From assembly GCA_964373255.1 (NCBI GenBank), contig CAYJTG010000002.1, forward strand, positions 30,481-94,480: a stretch of DNA of 64,000 nucleotides, given 5' to 3'. A program made the translations under genes and the position numbers. This DNA comes from an uncultured archaeon (GTDB lineage Archaea; Aenigmatarchaeota; Aenigmatarchaeia; GW2011-AR5). This document shows positions 51,808-60,135 of the stretch, in pieces. Under the pieces are notes generated by a model, which was not told where the DNA came from, ran no database searches, and worked only from the letters and a program-made list of their open reading frames with translations. How positions within the stretch are numbered: the stretch's first letter is position 1; each line of letters starts with the position of its first letter.

Positions 51808-53052
51808 TTACTTGGACGACACAGAAACCTTTTGCTGCTTAGCTGTAAACAGCGTTTGCTTCTTTGACGGCCAAAACAAATAAACAATAACTGCTATAGC
51901 AGCTATCACAACAACGTACACCCATATTGGGAGCGGCTCGCCTGCAGACGGCGGTTGACCTGTGTCGTCAATCGCCTCTTGGAATCTTACGTTTGCAACC
52001 TTATCGTTAAACTCGGACATCAGGTTTTTTACCTCGTCCAATACAAGCTTTGCGTTGAAGTAATCGCCGTTGTCTATGTACGCCTGGCTCTGGTTCATCT
52101 TGCTCCTGATTGTATCAAGCAGTGACCTCAGGGCCTGGACGTCCTCGGCAGTGGCATTTCTGTTTTCAAGGTCGGTAATATTTGTGTCAAGCGGGTCTGT
52201 TAGCAGCTTATAATCTAGATACGTCTGGTTAATGACAACGTACGTACTGGCGCTTGGCGTGACATTTATGCCCAGCGTGGTCGAATTCCTGGCGCCTGTC
52301 TCATTCGTTGTGACATTTATGACTGCAACGTAAGCCTTTACTTCTGCGTCTATAGGGACAGCAATGCTTATGTTGAACGACCTTGAACCACCAAGCGGTA
52401 TAGAAGGGATGGATGATGGGTCTATGCTGTACCACGCGGTGCTTACGCCTGTTATGGAAAGTATCGCAGATGATAATGCCCTGGAACCGGTGTTCTTCAC
52501 CGTTGCCGACACGGCTGCTGATTTGCCCTGAACAATGGTAAGCGATGACGCATTAAGCGTCAGGCTGATCGACGCCTTTGTAGTCGTTGTGTTTGTGGTT
52601 GTTGATGAAGATGTCGTGGTTGTTGTGGTCGACGATGGCGTTGAACACGTGCCAGAACTGCACGTCTGCCCGGATGAACAGCTTGTCACAGAAGACCAGG
52701 TACCGCTTGAGCACGACCTGTATGTCGTGTTTGTTATGCATATATTGCTGCCGGTGGACGTGGCATTCCCATCGTGGTAGCAGCCCGTCGTAGAAGACGG
52801 GTAGCACCATCCGACGCTTGAGCCGCTTGCTGTGCCGTCGTAGTCTGAGAAGCATTTGTACGAACTGCAGTCTGCGTCGGAATTGCAGAACTGGACAGTA
52901 TAGCCAAGCAGTCCTGTAACAATCGTCACGTTGGAAACAGAATTTCCACTGGCGTTCAATACGCCGACCACTTCTGATAAAGAAGGGGAAGAAAATGCAA
53001 GTATTGACAAAAGAACGTATAGGACCTGATATGGTTTATGCATAATTACCAT
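51808..53052 (-). CDS. Surface protein: Cys-rich N-domain, poly-Ser/Thr linker, C-terminal TM anchor
   Basis: ATGs at 53052 and 53043 (TTG at 53067). Signal ..VLYVLLSILAFSSPSLS, Cys cluster CNSDADCSSYKC...CSSGQTCSSGTC, linker PSSTTTTTTSSSTTTNTTTT, anchor PIWVYVVVIAAIAVIVYLFW. Confidence 0.75.
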   Translation of the reverse strand: MVIMHKPYQVLYVLLSILAFSSPSLSEVVGVLNASGNSVSNVTIVTGLLGYTVQFCNSDADCSSYKCFSDYDGTASGSSVGWCYPSSTTGCYHDGNATSTGSNICITNTTYRSCSSGTWSSVTSCSSGQTCSSGTCSTPSSTTTTTTSSSTTTNTTTTKASISLTLNASSLTIVQGKSAAVSATVKNTGSRALSSAILSITGVSTAWYSIDPSSIPSIPLGGSRSFNISIAVPIDAEVKAYVAVINVTTNETGARNSTTLGINVTPSASTYVVINQTYLDYKLLTDPLDTNITDLENRNATAEDVQALRSLLDTIRSKMNQSQAYIDNGDYFNAKLVLDEVKNLMSEFNDKVANVRFQEAIDDTGQPPSAGEPLPIWVYVVVIAAIAVIVYLFWPSKKQTLFTAKQQKVSVSSK

Positions 53053-53110
53053 CTCTATGCAAGGCAATAAGAAATTCGGATCAAAACTTTCCTGATCAGC
53101 CTCGAAAATC

Positions 53111-54406
53111 TTAAGCAGCTGACCTAAATAACATGCTGTAAGTCGTGTACCACGTAGCTGATATTGGTGTGCTTGTCGGAATAATCATTCTCAAGAATAT
53201 TGTAATCAGGCCAGACGTGCTTGTGTACGACAGGCCCTGAGTAAGATTATATTCATTTGTAATGTTGAATTTGCTTGTTGTGTTGAAGTCCGACGATGAC
53301 CGCAGGGTAGCGTAGGACGTATTGCCGCTCGACAGCGACATATTCTGCCCGCTGGAATCGCTCCAGTTTGTCATCTTGAACTGCAGAAGGCCCGTGACCG
53401 TGTCTGTTACATTTACAGTGAAATTGAATTCCCAGTAATCTGTGTTATTGACGATGGCGGCGACTTTCATCGCGCCCACGCTTGTCACATTAAGAAGCTG
53501 CTTTGTCGTGACGTTTGTCTGGTTGTTATTTACTGGGTCTGTGGCGACATTAGTAAGATTTGAACCTGTGATGGTTGATGTAAACAAACCGGAAGCTGCT
53601 CCAGATGTATTTACTGTGAAATACAACTTTACAGGACTTGGCGTAGGTGTATTAAGCGTGACATTTATCTGGGATGCTGTTGTGGCGTTTGAAACGCCGG
53701 TTGTAGAGTTCGTTCCATCGTGCTCTATAATGCTTAGTGCAACAAGCGGGTACGATGTTGGCAAAGCCAGCGTTAGGTTGCTAATCGTATCTGTACCTGT
53801 AGGCGTGAACGTATAAACAAAACTCTGGTTAATCACATTTGTGTCCACAATTCTCGGCGTTATCGACGCATTTGCATGAACGTCCTGTATCTGCGATGCA
53901 GAAGAATTTGAGAATCCTGACACTATCGTAACATTTGTTCCGTTATCTACCTGCACTATCCCGATTTCCACTGTGCCGTTTATCTGGACCGATACAACGG
54001 TACGTGGCGTTGCAGTCGAAGACACGTTTATTGCAATTATCAACGACCTGTTTGTCCCGCTTGTAATATTTAATCCATTTGGTATGTAAAGAGTAAATTT
54101 TGCCATTGTGTTATTTGTAGCACTGGCGGCGGTGGAATTTGCTATCAATACCGCACCGGTTGAATTTACGATTGATACAGCTGATATATTACCTGTTGAT
54201 AGGTTTCCGATAGATACATTTATTGCAGTTAGATTAGAGTCGCCGCCGTAAGAGCCAAACGTGAGGTTTAACATATTCGTTTGGTTTCTTGTATTGATGT
54301 ATGCCGGAGCCATATTTGCACTGCTGACGTTCAGGTTGCCGGCTGCGAAGACCGGTGAAACAGCAAGAACGAACAAAGCCGCTGCTAAAATTATTACGAA
54401 TCTCAT
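53111..54406 (-). CDS. Secreted sequon-rich protein related to the repeat unit of the 2687-aa protein
   Basis: The ATG at 54406 gives MRFVIILAAALFVLAVSPVFA. The stretch ..NLTAINVSIGNLSTGNISAVSIVNSTGA..NRSLIIAINVSSTA.. resembles the NIT..G...DI.AV.L.N.S repeat logic. Confidence 0.75.
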   Translation of the reverse strand: MRFVIILAAALFVLAVSPVFAAGNLNVSSANMAPAYINTRNQTNMLNLTFGSYGGDSNLTAINVSIGNLSTGNISAVSIVNSTGAVLIANSTAASATNNTMAKFTLYIPNGLNITSGTNRSLIIAINVSSTATPRTVVSVQINGTVEIGIVQVDNGTNVTIVSGFSNSSASQIQDVHANASITPRIVDTNVINQSFVYTFTPTGTDTISNLTLALPTSYPLVALSIIEHDGTNSTTGVSNATTASQINVTLNTPTPSPVKLYFTVNTSGAASGLFTSTITGSNLTNVATDPVNNNQTNVTTKQLLNVTSVGAMKVAAIVNNTDYWEFNFTVNVTDTVTGLLQFKMTNWSDSSGQNMSLSSGNTSYATLRSSSDFNTTSKFNITNEYNLTQGLSYTSTSGLITIFLRMIIPTSTPISATWYTTYSMLFRSAA

Positions 54407-54470
54407 TTCAATCAAGTAAATTATATGCCCAGATTAATATAAAGCTAATTCTATATTTGTAATTATTAAG

Positions 54471-54689
54471 CGCTCCCGGCGCGAATATCGACAAATCTCT
54501 GTTCTTTTTTTCCTTTTCTTTAGGACATACAAAGACCTTTCTTTTTGGAAAAGAAAGGGATTTGTTTTCGAACGCGCGACCCCTTGCTTTCACACTTGAC
54601 GGAGTCATCATTTCGCAGCAAAGCTGCGATCTGTTCACCTCCGTGTCAAGTAGGAGGCAAGTGCTCTATCCAAACTGAGCTACGGAAGC
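54471..54689 (-). tRNA. tRNA-Arg(CCU) with two introns (62 nt at 37/38; 82 nt in the T loop)
   Basis: The 5' part is GCTTCCG TA GCTC AGTTTGGATA GAGC A. The anticodon arm is CTTGC-CTCCTA[62]A-GCAAG, followed by GGGTC. The T arm is GCGCG-TTCGAA[82]T-CGCGC, followed by CGGGAGC G. The lengths add up (75+144=219). Confidence 0.8.
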
Positions 54690-54743
54690 ACTATTAAAAT
54701 AAACACAGAAAACTAATTATACATAACGCTAATAAATGTAACT

Positions 54744-54989
54744 ATGGCGGTCGAATTTGTTGGCGTAGTCATAATTTTAGCCGCGTGGATAGTAGAAATG
54801 AACGAAAATCTGAAGGAAAAAGAACACAACAAAAACCGCCATAAGTTCCTGATTTTCTACATAATTGGATTTTTATCGCTTGCCTACTATTCGTCGCAGA
54901 TCAACAGCCTTGTTCTTACGTTCTTTTTCGGGTTGCTTGCATTAATCAACCTGATAGAGTTTGCATTTTTGATGATAAAACGCAAATAG
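54744..54989 (+). CDS. Small membrane protein (81 aa)
   Basis: ATG start with three hydrophobic segments. Confidence 0.4.
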   Translation: MAVEFVGVVIILAAWIVEMNENLKEKEHNKNRHKFLIFYIIGFLSLAYYSSQINSLVLTFFFGLLALINLIEFAFLMIKRK

Positions 54990-55111
54990 ATAATCTTGAG
55001 GAAACGTAATGGTGCTTCCCGCTTAACAGGTCTCCAACTCCTTCGACTATACCAGCATAACCCGCGACTCTGTTTCCTATGTTGTATTTCAATTCTTTTC
55101 CTTCCCATTAA

Positions 55112-56944
55112 TCACACAAATATCTTCAGGTCATTTTTTATCAGGGCGTGCATGACGTCCTTTCCGACGTCGCTGTTCTTTGCGACGCGGATTTGAGAGT
55201 TTTTGCCGATTGTTGCCGAGAACAGGTACTGCCCAGAAACGTAAAAGTTTGCGATCTTTACAGGTTTTTCATTGACGGTGAAAACGATGTAGGCGCCTGT
55301 CTCTTCTTTTTCAAAAGTAATTTCCTTGCCCATTGTAGCTACCTTCGGGCTTACCTCTATGCTTATACCCAGCTTTTCCTCGAGTTCCTTTATGGTCTTG
55401 CCCTGCCTTCCGATCAGGCGTGGTATGACGTCGTTCTCCACCCTTACAACAACCTTGTTGTCCGATACCATGTCGACGGCAACATTCCTGTCAAAATGTC
55501 TGAGCTCTGATACAATTTGCCTCTTTGCAAGTTTAATTAATCCTGATTCTTTTGCCTTTGCTTCAACGGGTATTATCACATTTTCTTCTCCGTACGTGTA
55601 TATTTCGTACTCGAGCTTGTTTGTCATAAAATCGCGCACCTCGACAACCGGCCTTGCCAGGTCTGCTTCGGTCATGCCCGTTGGCGTCCTCACGACTAGC
55701 TTCAAGAAATAGACCTTCTCTATGCGACCGGCTTTGATGAAGACTATTGTATCGATTATGTGGGGCACCATACCAAGCTCGATACGCCCCATGAACCTCT
55801 GCACGGCATCAATGGGGTCGCTTGCGTGCACAACACCGATCATGCCTATGCCTGAAAGGCGCATGTCAGAAAATATTATAAATTCCTCTGTTTTTCGCAC
55901 TTCGTCAAACACGGTGTAGTCCGGCCGAACGAGCAAAAGGAGGTCAGCCGTATTTTCAAAGCTGCCCCGCAATTTTGAATACTGTGTTATTTCAGGCCTG
56001 ACCTGAAGGTCGCGGGGCGATTCCATTGTTTTTACGATCTTGCCGTTATTTTCATAGAACTCGGCGATTGAAGCGGCAAATGTCGATTTGCCAGAGCCTG
56101 GCGGGCCCGCTATAATAATTCCTTCTGCGCTTTTTGTCAGCCTTTCCCTTAATTTATCAGGAACGTTGTAATCGTCCAGCGCGAGCTTTGTAATAGGGCG
56201 AACGACAGTTATTTCAACACCGTCTGAAAATGGTGGCCTCGCTATTGCTATTCTCATGTCGCCCATTTGTATAACAGATGCCATATGTCCGCCTAGCTCT
56301 ATGAACGTATCCTCTTCATAGCGGGCTGCATCGGTGACTTCTTTTATAATTTCCTCAAGACCTTCAGCCGTAAGCAGCTCTTCGCGGATTTTAACAAGCT
56401 GGAAATTTCCGGGTACGCCGCGCTTCGCCATCGGCAGCGTTCCTTCTTTTAGATGAAGGCTCATCGTGTCTTTTGTCATGAATGACGCCAATTTTGTTTC
56501 GGTCTTCTTCTCGTATGATTTGAAGTATTTTGTCGGGACGCCTTCCGCCTCGCTTACCTGCGCCTGGACGTAGTCAGAAGTATAGAGTGTTGCTTTCTCT
56601 TCGCGAGCCACATCGAGAATTAAGGCGTCGATACGGCCGTATTTTGCAAGCTGTATCTCTTCCATGGTCTGCCTTCTGCCCATCTTGGTAACCGTCACGC
56701 CCTTCCCGCCGAACTCGCGCAATTTCTTGATCTCTTCGATGCCCTTGAAGCCGACCTCACGCCCTTTGGATGCCTGTGCGCGAAGCTCCTCGACAACGAA
56801 TTCTGGTATAATCACTTCTGTATCCTTAAACTCGCCTTTCTGCACGAGGTCAGACAATATTCCGGCTATCAGAACAGACGTATCCGCTACTATCCGGTTT
56901 GTCTTATTTTCATTTTTATTCTCATTTTTATTTTCTTTTGTCAT
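55112..56944 (-). CDS. PIN-domain / PilT-like ATPase / KH-domain protein (archaeal PINc-KH ATPase)
   Basis: The PIN N-terminus is [12 protein letters not shown]. Walker A is [14 protein letters not shown]. The KH GxxG motif is [21 protein letters not shown]. Confidence 0.85.
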   Translation of the reverse strand: MTKENKNENKNENKTNRIVADTSVLIAGILSDLVQKGEFKDTEVIIPEFVVEELRAQASKGREVGFKGIEEIKKLREFGGKGVTVTKMGRRQTMEEIQLAKYGRIDALILDVAREEKATLYTSDYVQAQVSEAEGVPTKYFKSYEKKTETKLASFMTKDTMSLHLKEGTLPMAKRGVPGNFQLVKIREELLTAEGLEEIIKEVTDAARYEEDTFIELGGHMASVIQMGDMRIAIARPPFSDGVEITVVRPITKLALDDYNVPDKLRERLTKSAEGIIIAGPPGSGKSTFAASIAEFYENNGKIVKTMESPRDLQVRPEITQYSKLRGSFENTADLLLLVRPDYTVFDEVRKTEEFIIFSDMRLSGIGMIGVVHASDPIDAVQRFMGRIELGMVPHIIDTIVFIKAGRIEKVYFLKLVVRTPTGMTEADLARPVVEVRDFMTNKLEYEIYTYGEENVIIPVEAKAKESGLIKLAKRQIVSELRHFDRNVAVDMVSDNKVVVRVENDVIPRLIGRQGKTIKELEEKLGISIEVSPKVATMGKEITFEKEETGAYIVFTVNEKPVKIANFYVSGQYLFSATIGKNSQIRVAKNSDVGKDVMHALIKNDLKIFV

Positions 56945-57307
56945 AAATTTTCACCTATTTTAATAAGACAAAATGATGATACACGTTTTGTTTTACTTTA
57001 ATTATTTTTGAATCTTCTGAAAGATTCGAAAAGAAATCCTCAAGTTAGTCACAGGTTATATAAAGGATTTCATTTTTACTATAAATCTTCCTCAGAAAGA
57101 AGTAAGAGTCTTTTACTTGTTGATTGCAAAGATATTTAAACGTTTGTATTTTCGTCTCTTCTTTGTGGTTATGGATAAAAACATTTCGCCGATCGAAAGA
57201 ATATAATGGATCGAAGAAAATTCTTTATAAAGCAAAACCGATAGATATCTTTAGGGGTAGGTCGGCACCACTTTTTATCATGTTCAAAGGTCATAGTGGT
57301 GAATTTC

Positions 57308-57415
57308 ATGCACTGCACAGACTGCGGATCTGACCATATAGCCTACGATCCAATGAGCGAGGACAGGTTCTGCAGGGAGTGTGGGCTTGTGGTCGAGGAG
57401 ATAAGATTCAGGTGA
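57308..57415 (+). CDS. Stand-alone TFB/TFIIB-type zinc-ribbon mini-ORF (35 aa)
   Basis: MHCTDCGSDHIAYDPMSEDRFCRECGLVVEEIRFR matches the C-x2-C..(I/V)YD...GE.VC..CG.V..E pattern of the TFB N-terminal ribbon. No B-reader or cyclin folds follow. Confidence 0.4.
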   Translation: MHCTDCGSDHIAYDPMSEDRFCRECGLVVEEIRFR

Positions 57416-57511
57416 AGATAAATCTCTGACGAGCATTACAAACGGCTTTTTCTTACGTCTGGGGCTATGCAAAATATAAATAAACTGAACGCCATTGGTG
57501 GTTTTTTTCTC

Positions 57512-58786
57512 TTACTTTATCAATTTCTTCACTTCTTCAAGATCATTAAGATTGACCTCGGTTTCCTGGCCGGTCTTCATGTTCCTTAGTTTTGCCTTTC
57601 CGGATTTGAGCTCTTTCTCGCCGAGAACAATCACATACGGAACGCCTTTAGAGTTAGCGTAATCCAATTCCTTGCTCAATGATCGTTTCATGAGATCGAA
57701 TTCAGTCGGCACGCCGAGAGAAATGAGACTTCTTGCCAGCATTATTGCCTCTTTTACAGCCGTGTCGACAACAGGCGCTATGTAGATCTTCGTGTTTGTC
57801 TTTTCTGTTTTGATCAGTTTCTTTCCATCCAATGCAAGGATAAGTCTGTCGATGCCAAAAGATATGCCCGTGGCAAGAGTAGGCTTGCCGCCGAAACTTT
57901 CTATAAGATTGTCGTAACGGCCGCCGCCCCCAACGCTGACATCCAGGCCGGCATTTATCTCAAAAACCGGCCCTGTATAATATTCCAGACCGCGCACCAG
58001 GCTGATGTCAAACTTGACAAAGTCTGAAAAGCCAAAATTATCTATGTAATCGAGTATCGTTTCCAGCTCCTGAACGCCCTGTTTTCCGAGCTCTTCCTTC
58101 TCGACAATTTTTTTAACATCCGGCAATTTCCTTATTTTTACGAAATCCATTATCTTCTTTATCTTCTCGTTCGCTACGCCTTTTTCTTTCAGCTCTTTTC
58201 CGACGTTGTTTTCGCCTATCTTTTCCAGCTTATCAATGCTGCGCATGACATCAATAACTTCTTTTTTCAGACCTATAGAAATAAGAAACGCTTCGACAAT
58301 TTTTCTGTTGTTGATTCGTATAAAGAAATCAGTAAACCCCAGCGATCGCATCGAATCGCAAGCGACTGCTACGCACAATGCATCGGCTTCGCCTGCAGGA
58401 GCGCCCACAACGTCTACGTCGGCCTGCCAGAACTCTCTGTAACGACCGGATCCGGGCCGGTCGTATCGCCACACAGGGCCATACTGGTATCTGCGGAATG
58501 GCTTCGGTAATTGTGGATTGTTGACAATCACCCTTGCCAGCGGAACAGTAAAATCGAACCGTAGACCAAGCTCGCGATCAGATTTGTCCTTGAAATAATA
58601 TATTTCATTCTTGATCTCGTCTCCGCCCTTTGCCGCCAAGAGCTTCCAGTCCTCAAAGGCGGGCGTCTGCAATGGGTCGAAGCACCATTTCTCGAAAATA
58701 GAAATAATCCTGTTCAAGACGTACTGCCGTTTGATCATGTCCTCTGGCAGAAAATCGCGCGTTCCACGGGGTGGTTGGTATTCCAT
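57512..58786 (-). CDS. hisS: Histidyl-tRNA synthetase
   Basis: The ATG at 58786 gives MEYQPPRGTRDFLPED. The motif-2-like stretch is RRYQYGPVWRYDRPGSGRYREFWQADVD. GGGGRYDNL and a C-terminal anticodon-binding domain follow. Confidence 0.92.
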   Translation of the reverse strand: MEYQPPRGTRDFLPEDMIKRQYVLNRIISIFEKWCFDPLQTPAFEDWKLLAAKGGDEIKNEIYYFKDKSDRELGLRFDFTVPLARVIVNNPQLPKPFRRYQYGPVWRYDRPGSGRYREFWQADVDVVGAPAGEADALCVAVACDSMRSLGFTDFFIRINNRKIVEAFLISIGLKKEVIDVMRSIDKLEKIGENNVGKELKEKGVANEKIKKIMDFVKIRKLPDVKKIVEKEELGKQGVQELETILDYIDNFGFSDFVKFDISLVRGLEYYTGPVFEINAGLDVSVGGGGRYDNLIESFGGKPTLATGISFGIDRLILALDGKKLIKTEKTNTKIYIAPVVDTAVKEAIMLARSLISLGVPTEFDLMKRSLSKELDYANSKGVPYVIVLGEKELKSGKAKLRNMKTGQETEVNLNDLEEVKKLIK

Positions 58787-58855
58787 ATTTATCAACTTCT
58801 TTTACTTATTTTCTATCCTTAAAATCATTAAAATGTGGGACGTACTTCAGCATAT

Positions 58856-58949
58856 TGTAAACCCAGTAAATAATCAGGTATTATAACTGGGTTTACATAT
58901 AGCGAACAACAAAAGTAATATGTCCAAAATCTTTTGTTGATTCGCTATA
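58856..58949. repeat. Two adjacent nested perfect hairpins; the first shares a 24-nt motif with 49811-49834
   Basis: The first hairpin is TGTAAACCCAGT..ACTGGGTTTACA. The second is TATAGCGAA-CAACAAAAG..CTTTTGTTG-ATTCGCTATA. TGTAAACCCA(G/C)TAAATAATCAGG also lies upstream of tRNA-Ser(UGA). Confidence 0.65.
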
Positions 58950-58975
58950 AAAGGTTTTTGCCTTAATTAATTAAA

Positions 58976-59134
58976 ATGGCAGGCGGCAGTTATCTTAGAT
59001 TTTTCATCGGGCTGATTCTCTCGCTATCCGTACTAATATCCTTTTTCTCAGGTGACAGAACTACACCCGTTTCTGCGATACTGTCAATTCTTTTCCTCAT
59101 TCTCGCTGTGCTCTGGGCTATTTTCAGGTTTTAA
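58976..59134 (+). CDS. Small two-TM membrane peptide (52 aa)
   Basis: It falls below the track cutoff. Sequence MAGGSYLRFFIGLILSLSVLISFF...ILSILFLILAVLWAIFRF. Confidence 0.3.
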   Translation: MAGGSYLRFFIGLILSLSVLISFFSGDRTTPVSAILSILFLILAVLWAIFRF

Positions 59135-59146
59135 TAGATTTCTGTT

Positions 59147-59560
59147 ATGGTAAAAATCATGATGAACGAATCAGATTTTTATACGTTAGATTCCGACACT
59201 GAAACTGATACCATACTAGAAGAAATACCAAAAGGTGCGGAAGTGAGCACTAGCCAAGAAGGCACAAGAATAGACGCCTACCGAAGCCATGGGAATAGCC
59301 TATATAGCGTTGCTTTTTACGAGCTTGAGAGGGAAGAGCATATGAGAAATAAACTCGGAATAGCTCCAGAACTAACCATAGCGATTCCGGGAATACCTTT
59401 CAATGAAACAGAGAATAAATTCAGGTCAAAGGCACAGTACAAAATAGGATTGCGGAGCAGAAAAGATGAAGTGGAATATATTGTAGACATATTTGAGTTT
59501 TATCAGAAAAGGCTTGTTGGTGACATCATCGAGGAAATAAAAAAGGAATTTATGTCGTGA
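59147..59560 (+). CDS. Hypothetical protein (137 aa)
   Basis: ATG start and tight spacing to the downstream parvulin gene. No motif was recognised. Confidence 0.5.
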   Translation: MVKIMMNESDFYTLDSDTETDTILEEIPKGAEVSTSQEGTRIDAYRSHGNSLYSVAFYELEREEHMRNKLGIAPELTIAIPGIPFNETENKFRSKAQYKIGLRSRKDEVEYIVDIFEFYQKRLVGDIIEEIKKEFMS

Positions 59561-59564
59561 TTTT

Positions 59565-59840
59565 ATGCCGTCAAAAATACGCTGCTCTCATATTCTTGTA
59601 AAGACAGAGCAAGAGGCATTGGAAATTCTGGAAGACCTGCACAATGGAGTTAGCTTTGCCGCTTTAGCAGAGATGAAGTCGCAATGCCCGTCGCGTAAGA
59701 AAGGCGGGGACCTTGGTGTTTTTGGCCATGGGCAAATGGTCAAGCCGTTCGAGAAGGCTGCGTTTGCACTGGAGGTTGGCAAGATTTCCGGCCATGTCAA
59801 GACCGAGTTCGGCTGGCATATTATTAAGAGGACTGGATAA
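59565..59840 (+). CDS. Parvulin-type peptidyl-prolyl cis-trans isomerase (PpiC domain)
   Basis: CSHILV...CPSRKKGGDLGVFGHGQMVKPFEKAAFAL..G.IS..VKTEFGWHIIKR is the single-domain archaeal parvulin pattern. Confidence 0.85.
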   Translation: MPSKIRCSHILVKTEQEALEILEDLHNGVSFAALAEMKSQCPSRKKGGDLGVFGHGQMVKPFEKAAFALEVGKISGHVKTEFGWHIIKRTG

Positions 59841-59847
59841 ATAAAAG

Positions 59848-59980
59848 GGCTGGTATCGGGATTTGAACCCGACCGAAAGGATCCACAGTCCTGTACATCA
59901 GAATCTATTAACAGAATCTGTTTATGCTACCACTATAGCTATCTGTCTATGTGGCAAATAGCAGCTACATCATACCAGCC
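59848..59980 (-). tRNA. tRNA-His(GUG) with encoded G-1 and two introns (32 nt D loop; 29 nt in the 5' anticodon stem)
   Basis: G-1 precedes acceptor GCTGGTA/TACCAGC, with discriminator C opposite G-1. The D arm is ATGT AG[32]TGGTA GCAT. The anticodon arm is AA[29]AGGA-CTGTGGA-TCCTT and the T arm TCGGG-TTCAAAT-CCCGA. The lengths add up (72+61=133). Confidence 0.8.
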
Positions 59981-60135
59981 ATGAAATAAAACAAAATAAG
60001 CTTCGCTTTCTATTTATCTCTTTTGTGGGAAGGCTTAAAAGTAAGCAAAACAAAAAGAATGCTTAATGATTTCGATGAAAAAGAAATCAAGCGCTACGCT
60101 AATTTCTATCAGCATCGATAATTTATCGTGATACC

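Noticed and set aside
57284-57472. 62-aa minus-strand ORF overlapping the TFB-ribbon mini-ORF
   Set aside because: It has no motifs. The plus-strand reading gives a precise four-Cys TFB-type ribbon, so the plus strand is preferred, although the mini-ORF itself is only a moderate-confidence call.
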